Below, one piece after another: positions 29,971-38,438 of a stretch of DNA of 64,000 bases. Numbering within the stretch: position 1 is the stretch's first letter; each line of letters begins with the position of its first letter. This DNA comes from a candidate division WS1 bacterium (GTDB lineage: Bacteria > Armatimonadota > Zipacnadia > Zipacnadales > UBA11051). The notes beneath the pieces are model-generated. The model had not been told where the DNA came from, did not search any database, and worked only from the letters and a program-made list of their open reading frames with translations. The stretch covers positions 5,569 through 69,568 of the forward strand of contig JAAYSP010000014.1 of NCBI GenBank assembly GCA_012518355.1, read 5' to 3'. The position numbers were made by a program, and so were the translations under genes.

Positions 29971-30696
29971 TTACTCCGGACGTCCCACCGGTATCAGGTA
30001 CACGGGTTCGTGATCGTCAGGCAGGTCGAGGACTTCTGCAACCTGCGCATCATCGAAGGCCCCCACAGGTACTGAACCGAGGCCCATAGCCACTGCCTGC
30101 AGATGGATGTTTTGGGCGATGTGACCGGCCTCAATGTAGACGTACCTGGCGGCGCGATCGCCGTAACTGCGGGCAGTACGTTCGAATACAGCAGTTATCA
30201 CGACAACCACCGGCGCCGCGCTCACACTGCTTTGGCCCAGTGCTGCGCTCGCCAGGGGCGCACGCAAGTCCGTCTCGGCTATCTGCAGCAGTTGGTGGCC
30301 CTCCGCCCTATACCTGTACATCCCCTGTGCGCTGACCAAATAGAGCTCCATCGGATAGGTAGCACCCGCTGAAGGTGCAGCACGCAGATTTCGGCCAGGG
30401 TCAGTCACACCCTGCGCTGCCCATGCCAATTGCCCCATCTGTTCCATGCTCAATACTTCAGGAGCAAAACTGCGCACAGATCGGCGTGCCTGTATCGCCG
30501 CTTCAACAGTCATAGCCCCATCAACCTCCGGTGACGGTAATACTATACGCTCGGAATCCTGTTGCGCCTGATTTTCGCTGCGACAACTCAACACGGTTGC
30601 CAGTACTACGATCAGCAGACACAACTCTGCTCTGCATCGGCGTCTGTTCACGGCCCACACATCCTCATCTTCGTACATGCAGACAAAACTCTGCAC
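29971..30696 (-). CDS. SagB/ThcOx-type (nitroreductase-fold) dehydrogenase, probable lipoprotein
   Basis: Lipoprotein-like signal (LLIVVLATVLSC). Hallmark PSAGATYPMELYLV motif and C-terminal GVPVGAFDD. Confidence 0.5.
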   Translation of the reverse strand: MQSFVCMYEDEDVWAVNRRRCRAELCLLIVVLATVLSCRSENQAQQDSERIVLPSPEVDGAMTVEAAIQARRSVRSFAPEVLSMEQMGQLAWAAQGVTDPGRNLRAAPSAGATYPMELYLVSAQGMYRYRAEGHQLLQIAETDLRAPLASAALGQSSVSAAPVVVVITAVFERTARSYGDRAARYVYIEAGHIAQNIHLQAVAMGLGSVPVGAFDDAQVAEVLDLPDDHEPVYLIPVGRPE

Positions 30697-30805
30697 TACG
30701 CAGCATCATGAGGTAGTTTTGCAGAATATGGTGGTCGACTTACGTGCATCGCCTACGCTCAAGGCCAGCACAGTCGCGCCAGACAACAAGGTAGTGGCAT
30801 GATTT

Positions 30806-31828
30806 CTATTCGAGCGACACCACCTGTCCTGTACGGATCGACTCGCGCTCGGCCATCACTATCGCCACGGCTTCACGCGCAGCTTGTGGTGTGATGCGTG
30901 TCGGAGCCTGACCGCTGGCCATGCATTGGACGAAGTACTCCAGCTCTCGCTCATAGCCCGTGCCCGGGGTGAATTCAGGGGTGTGTGGCTCCCCATCGAA
31001 CGGGTAAAATTGCAGCTCAGGCTGTTTTGCCGGACTGAGCTCGAGAAAGCCCTTTTCCCCCAGCACCTGGAAGCCTCTCTCGAAAGGAAAATCGGTCGGG
31101 AAAACCCATCCGCCCTCAGCATTGCAGGCAAAACCGTCGTACAGATAGGTGGTCAACACATGGTCCACTGCCGGGCCGCTGCTGATGAGATTGCCTCCAC
31201 GTGACAACACGCCCTGTGGCTTGCCAAACAGCGATAGTATGAAGTCGACGTCATGGATGTGCAGGTCCAGGACCGCTCCCCCACTCAGTTCGGCATCCAA
31301 CAGCCAGCTCCCAGATGACCAGGCAGGAGTGGGCGAATGGCGTGTGAAACGAGCCGACACCACGCGGCCCAATCGTCCGTTTGCGAGCATGTCGGCTAAA
31401 ACTTCGTATTCAGGCCAAAACCGTATGCACTGTGCAATAAAAAGCATCCGTGAGGACGCCTCGGCTGCAGCAATCATGCGGTCGCACTCACTTACGCTTA
31501 GAGCCATCGGCTTCTCACATATGACGTGCAACCCGGCTTGTAGTGCATCCACTGTCATGTCCGGATGCAGAGGCGTCGGTGTGCAGATGTCAACACAATC
31601 CAGCTGTGCATCTTCTATCATCTGGGCGAAATCGGTATACCGATCTATGCCGTCTAACTTCAACTCAGTGGCATCGCCGATGTTGCCCGCGATAGCAGGG
31701 ACACTGTCCCTAACCCGCTCCGGGTCCTTGTCGCACACTGCGACCAGTTCGACCTGCTCCATATTCTGGTAGATGCTGAAATGCTGTTGCCCCATAAATC
31801 CTAGCCCGACAAGCCCGATACGAATCAT
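30806..31828 (-). CDS. Gfo/Idh/MocA-family NAD(P)-dependent oxidoreductase
   Basis: N-terminal Rossmann IRIGLVGLGFMGQ. EKP motif (CEKPMA). Confidence 0.75.
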   Translation of the reverse strand: MIRIGLVGLGFMGQQHFSIYQNMEQVELVAVCDKDPERVRDSVPAIAGNIGDATELKLDGIDRYTDFAQMIEDAQLDCVDICTPTPLHPDMTVDALQAGLHVICEKPMALSVSECDRMIAAAEASSRMLFIAQCIRFWPEYEVLADMLANGRLGRVVSARFTRHSPTPAWSSGSWLLDAELSGGAVLDLHIHDVDFILSLFGKPQGVLSRGGNLISSGPAVDHVLTTYLYDGFACNAEGGWVFPTDFPFERGFQVLGEKGFLELSPAKQPELQFYPFDGEPHTPEFTPGTGYERELEYFVQCMASGQAPTRITPQAAREAVAIVMAERESIRTGQVVSLE

Positions 31829-32204
31829 GATATCGCTCCTCCGCTACTCAGAGTGTCTTAGGATGTTCGGTGAGTCTGTCAGATCGCTCAGATATGATTT
31901 CTCCAGCAACCCCCGCTGTTCCTGCTCTATCCAGGAGGACAATTGCCGCGAATTGTAGGCAGCCGTGTGCACACTTGCAACTGTACGTCCTGTCAACTTG
32001 GCCACCTGAGAAAGCATGATAGGCTACTACGGACAATTCTGCCGCCGAAGTAGCGTTATTACAAGCATCTCCCCCACTCTTACCGACACACTCAATCATA
32101 TGCAGGTGTTGATGAAGTGGTGAGCGAATGAAACAGGGTACCCTAACACATGCAGAGGTGGTGACACAGGGCGAAGCTCTATAGCCTGTCCGCCCTCATG
32201 CCTG

Positions 32205-33212
32205 ATGAAATGGATTGACTTCCCTGATGACAGATTTGTAGTCAATGGCTTATGGTGGTGGGAAGAGCACAAGCCAAAACTGCAGCGATTGCCCGACAGG
32301 ATGAAGCCGAGCGTGCCCGAAGCGGTGTGGACCTTGAGTCAGCAGCCGAGTGGGGGCCGCATCCGCTTTGCCACAGATGCAACAGAGCTGGCTATACGCG
32401 CCCACTTCCCTACTCTCACGTACATGAACAACATGTGCCGCGTCGGCCAGATGTCGGTCGATCCCTGGATTGATGGCAAATGCTGGTTGCCAGTCTTTCC
32501 AACCGGCGATAACCACGATGTTGAAGGCTCTTTCGGCTCCGTCAGGGAGGCCAAACGGCGTGAGGTGTGCCTCTATCTAGGGTTATACGCTCCGGCGGAG
32601 ATCAAAAGCATCGGTTTATCAGATGGCGCCAGCATATGGTCACCAGCACCATTTGCGGTTGACAAACCTGTAGCGTATTACGGGTCATCCATCACTCAGG
32701 GGGGATGCGCAACTCGCCCCGGACTGAGCTACCAGGCCATAGTGAGCCGAAAGCTGAACCTCGACTTCGTCAACCTCGGCTGGAGCGGCGCTGGTCGTGG
32801 AGAGACCGCTCTGGCAGAAGCTATGGCGGAGATTGATGCCTCGTGCTATGTCATAGACTTCTGTCAGAATTGCCCAACCGTCGAGTTTTTGGAGGAAGTG
32901 TACGCTCCCTTCTTGCAGACCATCCGAGACATCAGGCCCGACACTCCGATGGTGTGTGTCACCCCCATCTACTCGGCGTCCGAGATCTCCGTGAGTGGCA
33001 GTGAACGACTGGACGGAATGCGTGAAGTTATCCGTACTGCTGTAGCGCATCGGGAACGCCTGGGAGACGCGCAGATTGAGCTGGTCGAAGGCTATGACCT
33101 GTTGGGGCCCGATGACCATTGGGGAATTGTCGATTCGAGCCACCCCAACGACCTCGGATTTACGGCGATGGCAAACGGTCTCGAGCCGGTCCTCAAGCGG
33201 ATTCTGTTCTAA
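32205..33212 (+). CDS. SGNH/GDSL-family hydrolase (carbohydrate esterase-like) with N-terminal beta domain
   Basis: Block I GSSITQG, C-terminal DSSHPNDLG (D-x-x-H). Confidence 0.5.
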   Translation: MKWIDFPDDRFVVNGLWWWEEHKPKLQRLPDRMKPSVPEAVWTLSQQPSGGRIRFATDATELAIRAHFPTLTYMNNMCRVGQMSVDPWIDGKCWLPVFPTGDNHDVEGSFGSVREAKRREVCLYLGLYAPAEIKSIGLSDGASIWSPAPFAVDKPVAYYGSSITQGGCATRPGLSYQAIVSRKLNLDFVNLGWSGAGRGETALAEAMAEIDASCYVIDFCQNCPTVEFLEEVYAPFLQTIRDIRPDTPMVCVTPIYSASEISVSGSERLDGMREVIRTAVAHRERLGDAQIELVEGYDLLGPDDHWGIVDSSHPNDLGFTAMANGLEPVLKRILF

Positions 33213-33409
33213 CAATCGGGAATTTGCAGCGGTTGATAGTGGGCAGTATTGACGTGTGCTGGCTTGCGCCACGATACTAAAAGATTTCCGAAGAGTTGCA
33301 TAAATATACCCTGATAAAACGGCAATGAAAAACAATCGTGATGAAAACCGCTTGGCAGACAGTACCCCGAGCTATCCAGATATCAAGTCTGACATGAGGT
33401 GTACTCAAA

Positions 33410-35755
33410 ATGACTGACGTATGGCAACATGTCCGCTATGACGACACGCTCCGCCAGTTCCAGTTGCGCTCCGCCGATGGGACGGTTACCCTCGATTTCG
33501 GTGCCCAATTCGAGGTGAACGATGAGAAGCTGAGCCTGAGCGACGCATCGAAGAGTACCGGAAGCGCAGAGGCCCGTGCCGGCGGGAGCGTCCGCACACA
33601 ATTCGAGTTCGAGAATGTCGGCCTGTCGAGCGTCATAGAAGCTTCTCTGAGCGAGGATGGAGCAAGTGTACTGTTAGATTGCCGGCTTCACAACCAGAGC
33701 ACCGAGCCTATGAAGCTGGGCCGCTGCTGTCCCCTGGCAGTGACTGAAGCCGTCGGTGCACTTGAGTTTGTGGGCGATGACGGCAATGCCGTATACCTCC
33801 TTTCCTCTGCATCAACCGATCCCAATCACGTTTATCGGGTGGATGACGCCGAAGCTGAGAAGCGGTCGAACATGCTGCTACATATCGTCAGCGCGGCTGC
33901 CGGCAAAGCGCTGCATCTTGGTTTCGTCTCTTTTGACAGGATGGGGGCGCACCACGAATTCTCCTATGATGCTGACCGTCGAGGCTTCACGGAACTGTCT
34001 GCGATATGTGATCTGTACGAATGGGAGCTGCCTGCCGGTGACAGTGTAGCGCTGGAGACGCTGCTTGTCGAAGCTCGCGGCGATTTCCACGCCTCGCTGC
34101 ACAACTGGGCGGATCACGTAGCAGCGCACTACAAACCCTGCATCTGGCCGAAAATACCTGGCGGGTGGCTTGGATGGGCCTGGGTGGACTGCTTCAACGT
34201 CGAACTGTACCAGGATGCGATCGTGCGTAACGCCCAGGCGATTCGGCGCCGGTTAGCAGGACTTGACATCGAGTACATCTGGCAAAGTCTGGGAAACCTG
34301 CCCGGCGGGCTGCCAGGAGCCTGGCTCGACTGGAACCAGCGGCATTTTCCATGCGGACATCAGTGGTTGATCGAGAAGCTGGAAGAGCTGGACTTCACCC
34401 TCGGCCTGTGGGTAGGCCCGTTTTATGTGGCCAACTCACTGGAGGAGTTTGTCGGAGATATGGGCGAAGCACTTCTGGGCAAACAGGGTGAACCGGCTAT
34501 AGTCTCAGGCCCATGGCGACACGGTGATGCGGGGATACTGCCCTTGAACCAGCGCCCCCTCATGTATGCACTGGACCCGACGCACCCTAAGGGCGAAGCA
34601 TTTCTCAAGCACGTATTCACAACCTATCGTGACTGGGGTATCGGCTACTACATGCTCGATTTCCTGCATGCGGCGGCCAATCCTGACGGCTACGACGAAC
34701 ATCATGACAAGTCTGTGGTCCGCGGCACCCCGGTGCTGCGCAGAGGTCTGCAGGCAATTGCGGAGGCCGCTGGACCGGATACATACACGCTGTCGAGCAG
34801 TGGGCCGACTTTCGCGTGCACAGGCCTGGTGAGTGCTGCGCGCATGGCTAACGACTATGGTGAGGGACGCCCTCTACATGCAGAAACATCCGACTATCCT
34901 GCCACCTTCCTGATCAACCGAGCAGAAGCCTGGACTTCGCATGTACGAGCTTCATGCAACCTCGCGGCCACCTACTTCACTCATCGCAAGCTATTCATCG
35001 CCGATACCGGCAATGTGATGACAGTAGACCAGCCGATTTCCGTGGGTGACGCCCAGATTACTGCGACCATCTTCGGCATAAATGGCGGGCCAGTCATGCT
35101 TGGTGACGACATAGACCGGATGGCAGACGAGCGTTTGGAACTCATCAAGAAAGTATTCCCGCGATACCCTGAAACGCCCACACCGATAGACCTCTTCGAC
35201 GCGCCATATCCGGACTATCCAAAACTGTTTCATACGTCGATAGATAATCCATGGGGACGGTGGGATATCCTCGCAGTTCTGAACTATACCGCCGAACCAC
35301 TGGTCCAGGATATCCCACTCGAACGTCTGGGCCTGGACCCCGCCAACAAGTACCTCGTGTGGGAGTTCTGGAACCAGAAATACCAGGGCACAGTCTCGGA
35401 TAGTCTCAGAGCAGTCGTGGCCCCGGCCTCTGTCGGCCTGTATCGCATCTGCCGACGGCCAGAGTATCCGTGCGTCATCGCAACCGATATGCATGTACTG
35501 CAGGGGCACTTCGAACTAACTGATGTCTGCTGGGATACGGCGGCCATGACACTGTCAGGAAATGCGCAGCGACCGTGCCAGCAGAAAGGTAGCCTCTTCA
35601 TCTGGGCTCCGGACGACGTCCGCGTAGCCGAACCGCAAGGGTTGTGGATCGCAAAAGACGACAACGACAAAAGCCTCATCATCCGTCGAGCGTTCGAGTT
35701 CGACGGTGACGGTGGCTCAGAGCAGCCCTGGTCGGTACGCTTCGCGCCACTGTAG
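33410..35755 (+). CDS. Putative glycoside hydrolase (GH36/melibiase-like TIM-barrel with flanking beta-sandwich domains)
   Basis: 781 aa. Central (beta/alpha)8-like region with W-rich substrate-site motifs (WLGWAWVDCFN, IGYYMLDF). Family assignment is tentative. Confidence 0.35.
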   Translation: MTDVWQHVRYDDTLRQFQLRSADGTVTLDFGAQFEVNDEKLSLSDASKSTGSAEARAGGSVRTQFEFENVGLSSVIEASLSEDGASVLLDCRLHNQSTEPMKLGRCCPLAVTEAVGALEFVGDDGNAVYLLSSASTDPNHVYRVDDAEAEKRSNMLLHIVSAAAGKALHLGFVSFDRMGAHHEFSYDADRRGFTELSAICDLYEWELPAGDSVALETLLVEARGDFHASLHNWADHVAAHYKPCIWPKIPGGWLGWAWVDCFNVELYQDAIVRNAQAIRRRLAGLDIEYIWQSLGNLPGGLPGAWLDWNQRHFPCGHQWLIEKLEELDFTLGLWVGPFYVANSLEEFVGDMGEALLGKQGEPAIVSGPWRHGDAGILPLNQRPLMYALDPTHPKGEAFLKHVFTTYRDWGIGYYMLDFLHAAANPDGYDEHHDKSVVRGTPVLRRGLQAIAEAAGPDTYTLSSSGPTFACTGLVSAARMANDYGEGRPLHAETSDYPATFLINRAEAWTSHVRASCNLAATYFTHRKLFIADTGNVMTVDQPISVGDAQITATIFGINGGPVMLGDDIDRMADERLELIKKVFPRYPETPTPIDLFDAPYPDYPKLFHTSIDNPWGRWDILAVLNYTAEPLVQDIPLERLGLDPANKYLVWEFWNQKYQGTVSDSLRAVVAPASVGLYRICRRPEYPCVIATDMHVLQGHFELTDVCWDTAAMTLSGNAQRPCQQKGSLFIWAPDDVRVAEPQGLWIAKDDNDKSLIIRRAFEFDGDGGSEQPWSVRFAPL

Positions 35756-35852
35756 GGCTGATCTATATCAGAACGCGTAGAGCGGACGTTGCTGGACAGG
35801 TGTAGACAGGTGGTGCGGTAGAGGCGCTATCCCGCGCACGTAGCTTCTGGAA

Positions 35853-35899
35853 GAAGGGCCGGTGTTGCAGACCAGTGTTTTGGTCAACCGGCCCTTCTA
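35853..35899. terminator. GC-rich hairpin between convergent genes (bidirectional terminator candidate)
   Basis: AGAAGGGCCGG...(loop containing GACCAGTGTTTTGGTC)...CCGGCCCTTCT inverted repeat. Lies between the glycoside hydrolase (+) and the BNR protein (-). Confidence 0.3.
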
Positions 35900-35988
35900 T
35901 ACGTCACTGACGTCACTGTGCCGATCGTACCCGTAGATTGGCAGGGCAGGCGGCACATGTGCACTTCGCGCAGACTATGTCGCTACTG

Positions 35989-36963
35989 CTACTGTGGGAT
36001 GGTCAGCCGCCACACGTCGTTGACCACCGGCCATGTGTTACCGGCGACTACCCACAGGCTGTCATCATACACGTACAGTGATGAAGCATGGCGGGCTTTA
36101 GGGCTTGGTTCCGACACGTACTGATACCAGGTGCTGCCGTCCCTGGTGTACCAGATATCGCCCAGGTTTTGACTGTTGACGTTGTCATATCCCCCCACGA
36201 TCCACAGATAACCCGCATACGTGATGGCAGGCACCCACATCCGCGGGGCCCACGGTGCTGCTGCGCTGGTTTGTACCCAGGTGACGCCGTCTTCCGAACA
36301 CCAGACATCATTCAGGGTTGTGGTCTGAGGATAGCCTTTCTCAGGTGGATCGTTTTCTCCGGATTTCGCGCCAGCCAACACCCATAGCTTGTCATCATAC
36401 ACGGCGCAACCGAAGTTGCTGCGGCCGCGCCACGGCGTTGAATCGCACACCTGGGTCCATGTGACTGCGTCAGTGGTGCGCCAGACTTCGTTGCCCAGGG
36501 TCCAGATTTCATCGCGAAACATCACTGGCCAGCCGTGTCCGCAGGCTTCCTCATCAGCGGGCTCCACTTGCGTCCAGCTCTCGCCGTCTTCGGAGTTCCA
36601 GTAAGTACCGCTGATGGCCCACAGTTTGCCGTCATGAGACACCAGTGGGCTGTAGCCATCATAGGGGGTCTGATCGCACTTCAGTGTCCACTCTACTCCG
36701 TCGGTGCTGCGCCACAGATCGGGGCTGAGTATGCCCCCATGATAGTAGCCGTTGCCCAGCCACATCGCTCCATCATGCACGACCGGTCTTGCGCAATCGC
36801 GGGGGCTAAACGCGGCTTCCTCGGTAACCTGTTCCCAGATGGCCTTTCCTTGTAACGGCCCGAGATGCTTTTCAGCGCCATCATCCTGAGCGATTCCGGG
36901 TACGCCAACAAGCAGTAGTACAGTAGCTACGGATACCCATAGGATCCCACTCATCCTACACAC
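35989..36963 (-). CDS. Secreted BNR/Asp-box repeat beta-propeller protein (sialidase-like fold), paralog A
   Basis: Signal peptide. Five S/TxDGxxW repeats (STDGVEWT, SEDGESWT, TTDAVTWT, SEDGVTWV, TRDGSTWY). Confidence 0.5.
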   Translation of the reverse strand: MCRMSGILWVSVATVLLLVGVPGIAQDDGAEKHLGPLQGKAIWEQVTEEAAFSPRDCARPVVHDGAMWLGNGYYHGGILSPDLWRSTDGVEWTLKCDQTPYDGYSPLVSHDGKLWAISGTYWNSEDGESWTQVEPADEEACGHGWPVMFRDEIWTLGNEVWRTTDAVTWTQVCDSTPWRGRSNFGCAVYDDKLWVLAGAKSGENDPPEKGYPQTTTLNDVWCSEDGVTWVQTSAAAPWAPRMWVPAITYAGYLWIVGGYDNVNSQNLGDIWYTRDGSTWYQYVSEPSPKARHASSLYVYDDSLWVVAGNTWPVVNDVWRLTIPQ

Positions 36964-37201
36964 ACCTTTCTTTCGTATAGTTTTGCCCTTGCCCTGCCCT
37001 ACCTCAACATCTCACAAAGTGGAGAGCAGAAAGCTCAACAATTGTGTTGCTCCGTCATATATCCCTATACACCATCACTCACCGGCGTCAGGCTCCATCT
37101 TCGGAGATCTGGCACCTGGTTTCCTCGGTTGTCACGGTTCGTCTCAGCATCAAATGGCCTTCGTGTCCACTATGCTGTCTACTACCGAGTGTGGTGTGCG
37201 A

Positions 37202-38215
37202 TTACTCCTCCTGCGGCAGTGTGAGCCGCCATACATCGTTCACCACCGGCCAGGTGTTGCCTGCCACCATCCACAGGCTGTCATCATATACGTACGTGGT
37301 CGGCTCATGACGCGCAGCCCACTGAGGATCGGAGACGAACTCGTACCAGGTGACGCCGTCTTTCGTATACCACACATCGCCGAGGTTCTGGTTGTTGACG
37401 TTGTCATAGCCGCCGAAAATCCACAGATAACCGCGATACGTTTCGGCGACAAACCACATGCGGGGGCTCCACGGGGCGTGTTCGAGTACGCGCGTCCAGT
37501 TCACGCCATCCTCAGAGCACCATACGTCGTTGTACGTGGTGACACTCTCATAGCCCTTCTCGGGCGGATCGTTCGGCACACCTACTCTGCCGCCGCACAG
37601 CCACAGCTTGCCGTCATGGACGCCCACCGCGCAGGCTGAGCGTTTGCTGTATGGCGCATCGTCAAGCACACGTGTCCAGTTGACTCCGTCGGTGGTGTTC
37701 CACACGCCGGCACCGCTCCCCAATTGCCATATCTTGTCCTGAAATACTACCGTCTCTCCATAGGCACGGACGCCGAAAGGAGCTTCTTCGAGCACCTCCG
37801 TCCACTCTATGCCGTCGGTGGAAGTCCAGACTCCGCCCTTGATGGCCCACATCTTGCCATCATATGCCACCATCTCCGAGTAGCCGGTGTACGGTGTGTC
37901 TTCGTTGACGCTCGTCCAGGTGACGCCGTCGGTAGAGCTCCACAGATCGCGGGTGAGTATGTTTCCGTGATAGTAACCGTTACTTATCCACATCTTGCCA
38001 TCGTAGACCAGCGGTTCGGCGGTATCGCGCGGGCTGAAAGCGGCTTCTTCGGTGATCAGCTCCCAGGCGCCCTTGCCATGCAGTGGGCCGAGGTGACGTT
38101 CGGCATCTGTAGCAGGGGCGTCATTCTGAGCCATGGCACCACTGGCTAGCAGTATTGCTGACAGTGTGATGCTAAATGGCAACAGTTTGTTCATAGCGCG
38201 TATGCTCCTTTTCAT
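37202..38215 (-). CDS. Secreted BNR/Asp-box repeat beta-propeller protein, paralog B
   Basis: Roughly 70% identical by eye to paralog A along the full length. Same repeat positions. Signal peptide. Confidence 0.5.
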   Translation of the reverse strand: MKRSIRAMNKLLPFSITLSAILLASGAMAQNDAPATDAERHLGPLHGKGAWELITEEAAFSPRDTAEPLVYDGKMWISNGYYHGNILTRDLWSSTDGVTWTSVNEDTPYTGYSEMVAYDGKMWAIKGGVWTSTDGIEWTEVLEEAPFGVRAYGETVVFQDKIWQLGSGAGVWNTTDGVNWTRVLDDAPYSKRSACAVGVHDGKLWLCGGRVGVPNDPPEKGYESVTTYNDVWCSEDGVNWTRVLEHAPWSPRMWFVAETYRGYLWIFGGYDNVNNQNLGDVWYTKDGVTWYEFVSDPQWAARHEPTTYVYDDSLWMVAGNTWPVVNDVWRLTLPQEE

Positions 38216-38438
38216 TTTGTCTCATAGTGGTGCAGCAGTGCACCCCAGTTCAATTGTCATATGTGATTGCTGAAGAATATACCCAACTTTGTCCGAACTC
38301 ACCGCGTGGCACTGGCCATACGATGTCAGAACCAGCACAATCCGAAGCCTGGTCCTAACTATATATCGCTCGGTCTGGTGACAGGTAGCAGGTGCTGAAA
38401 ACAACTCATGACAGGTCAGCGTTCCGCATCATCAGACA

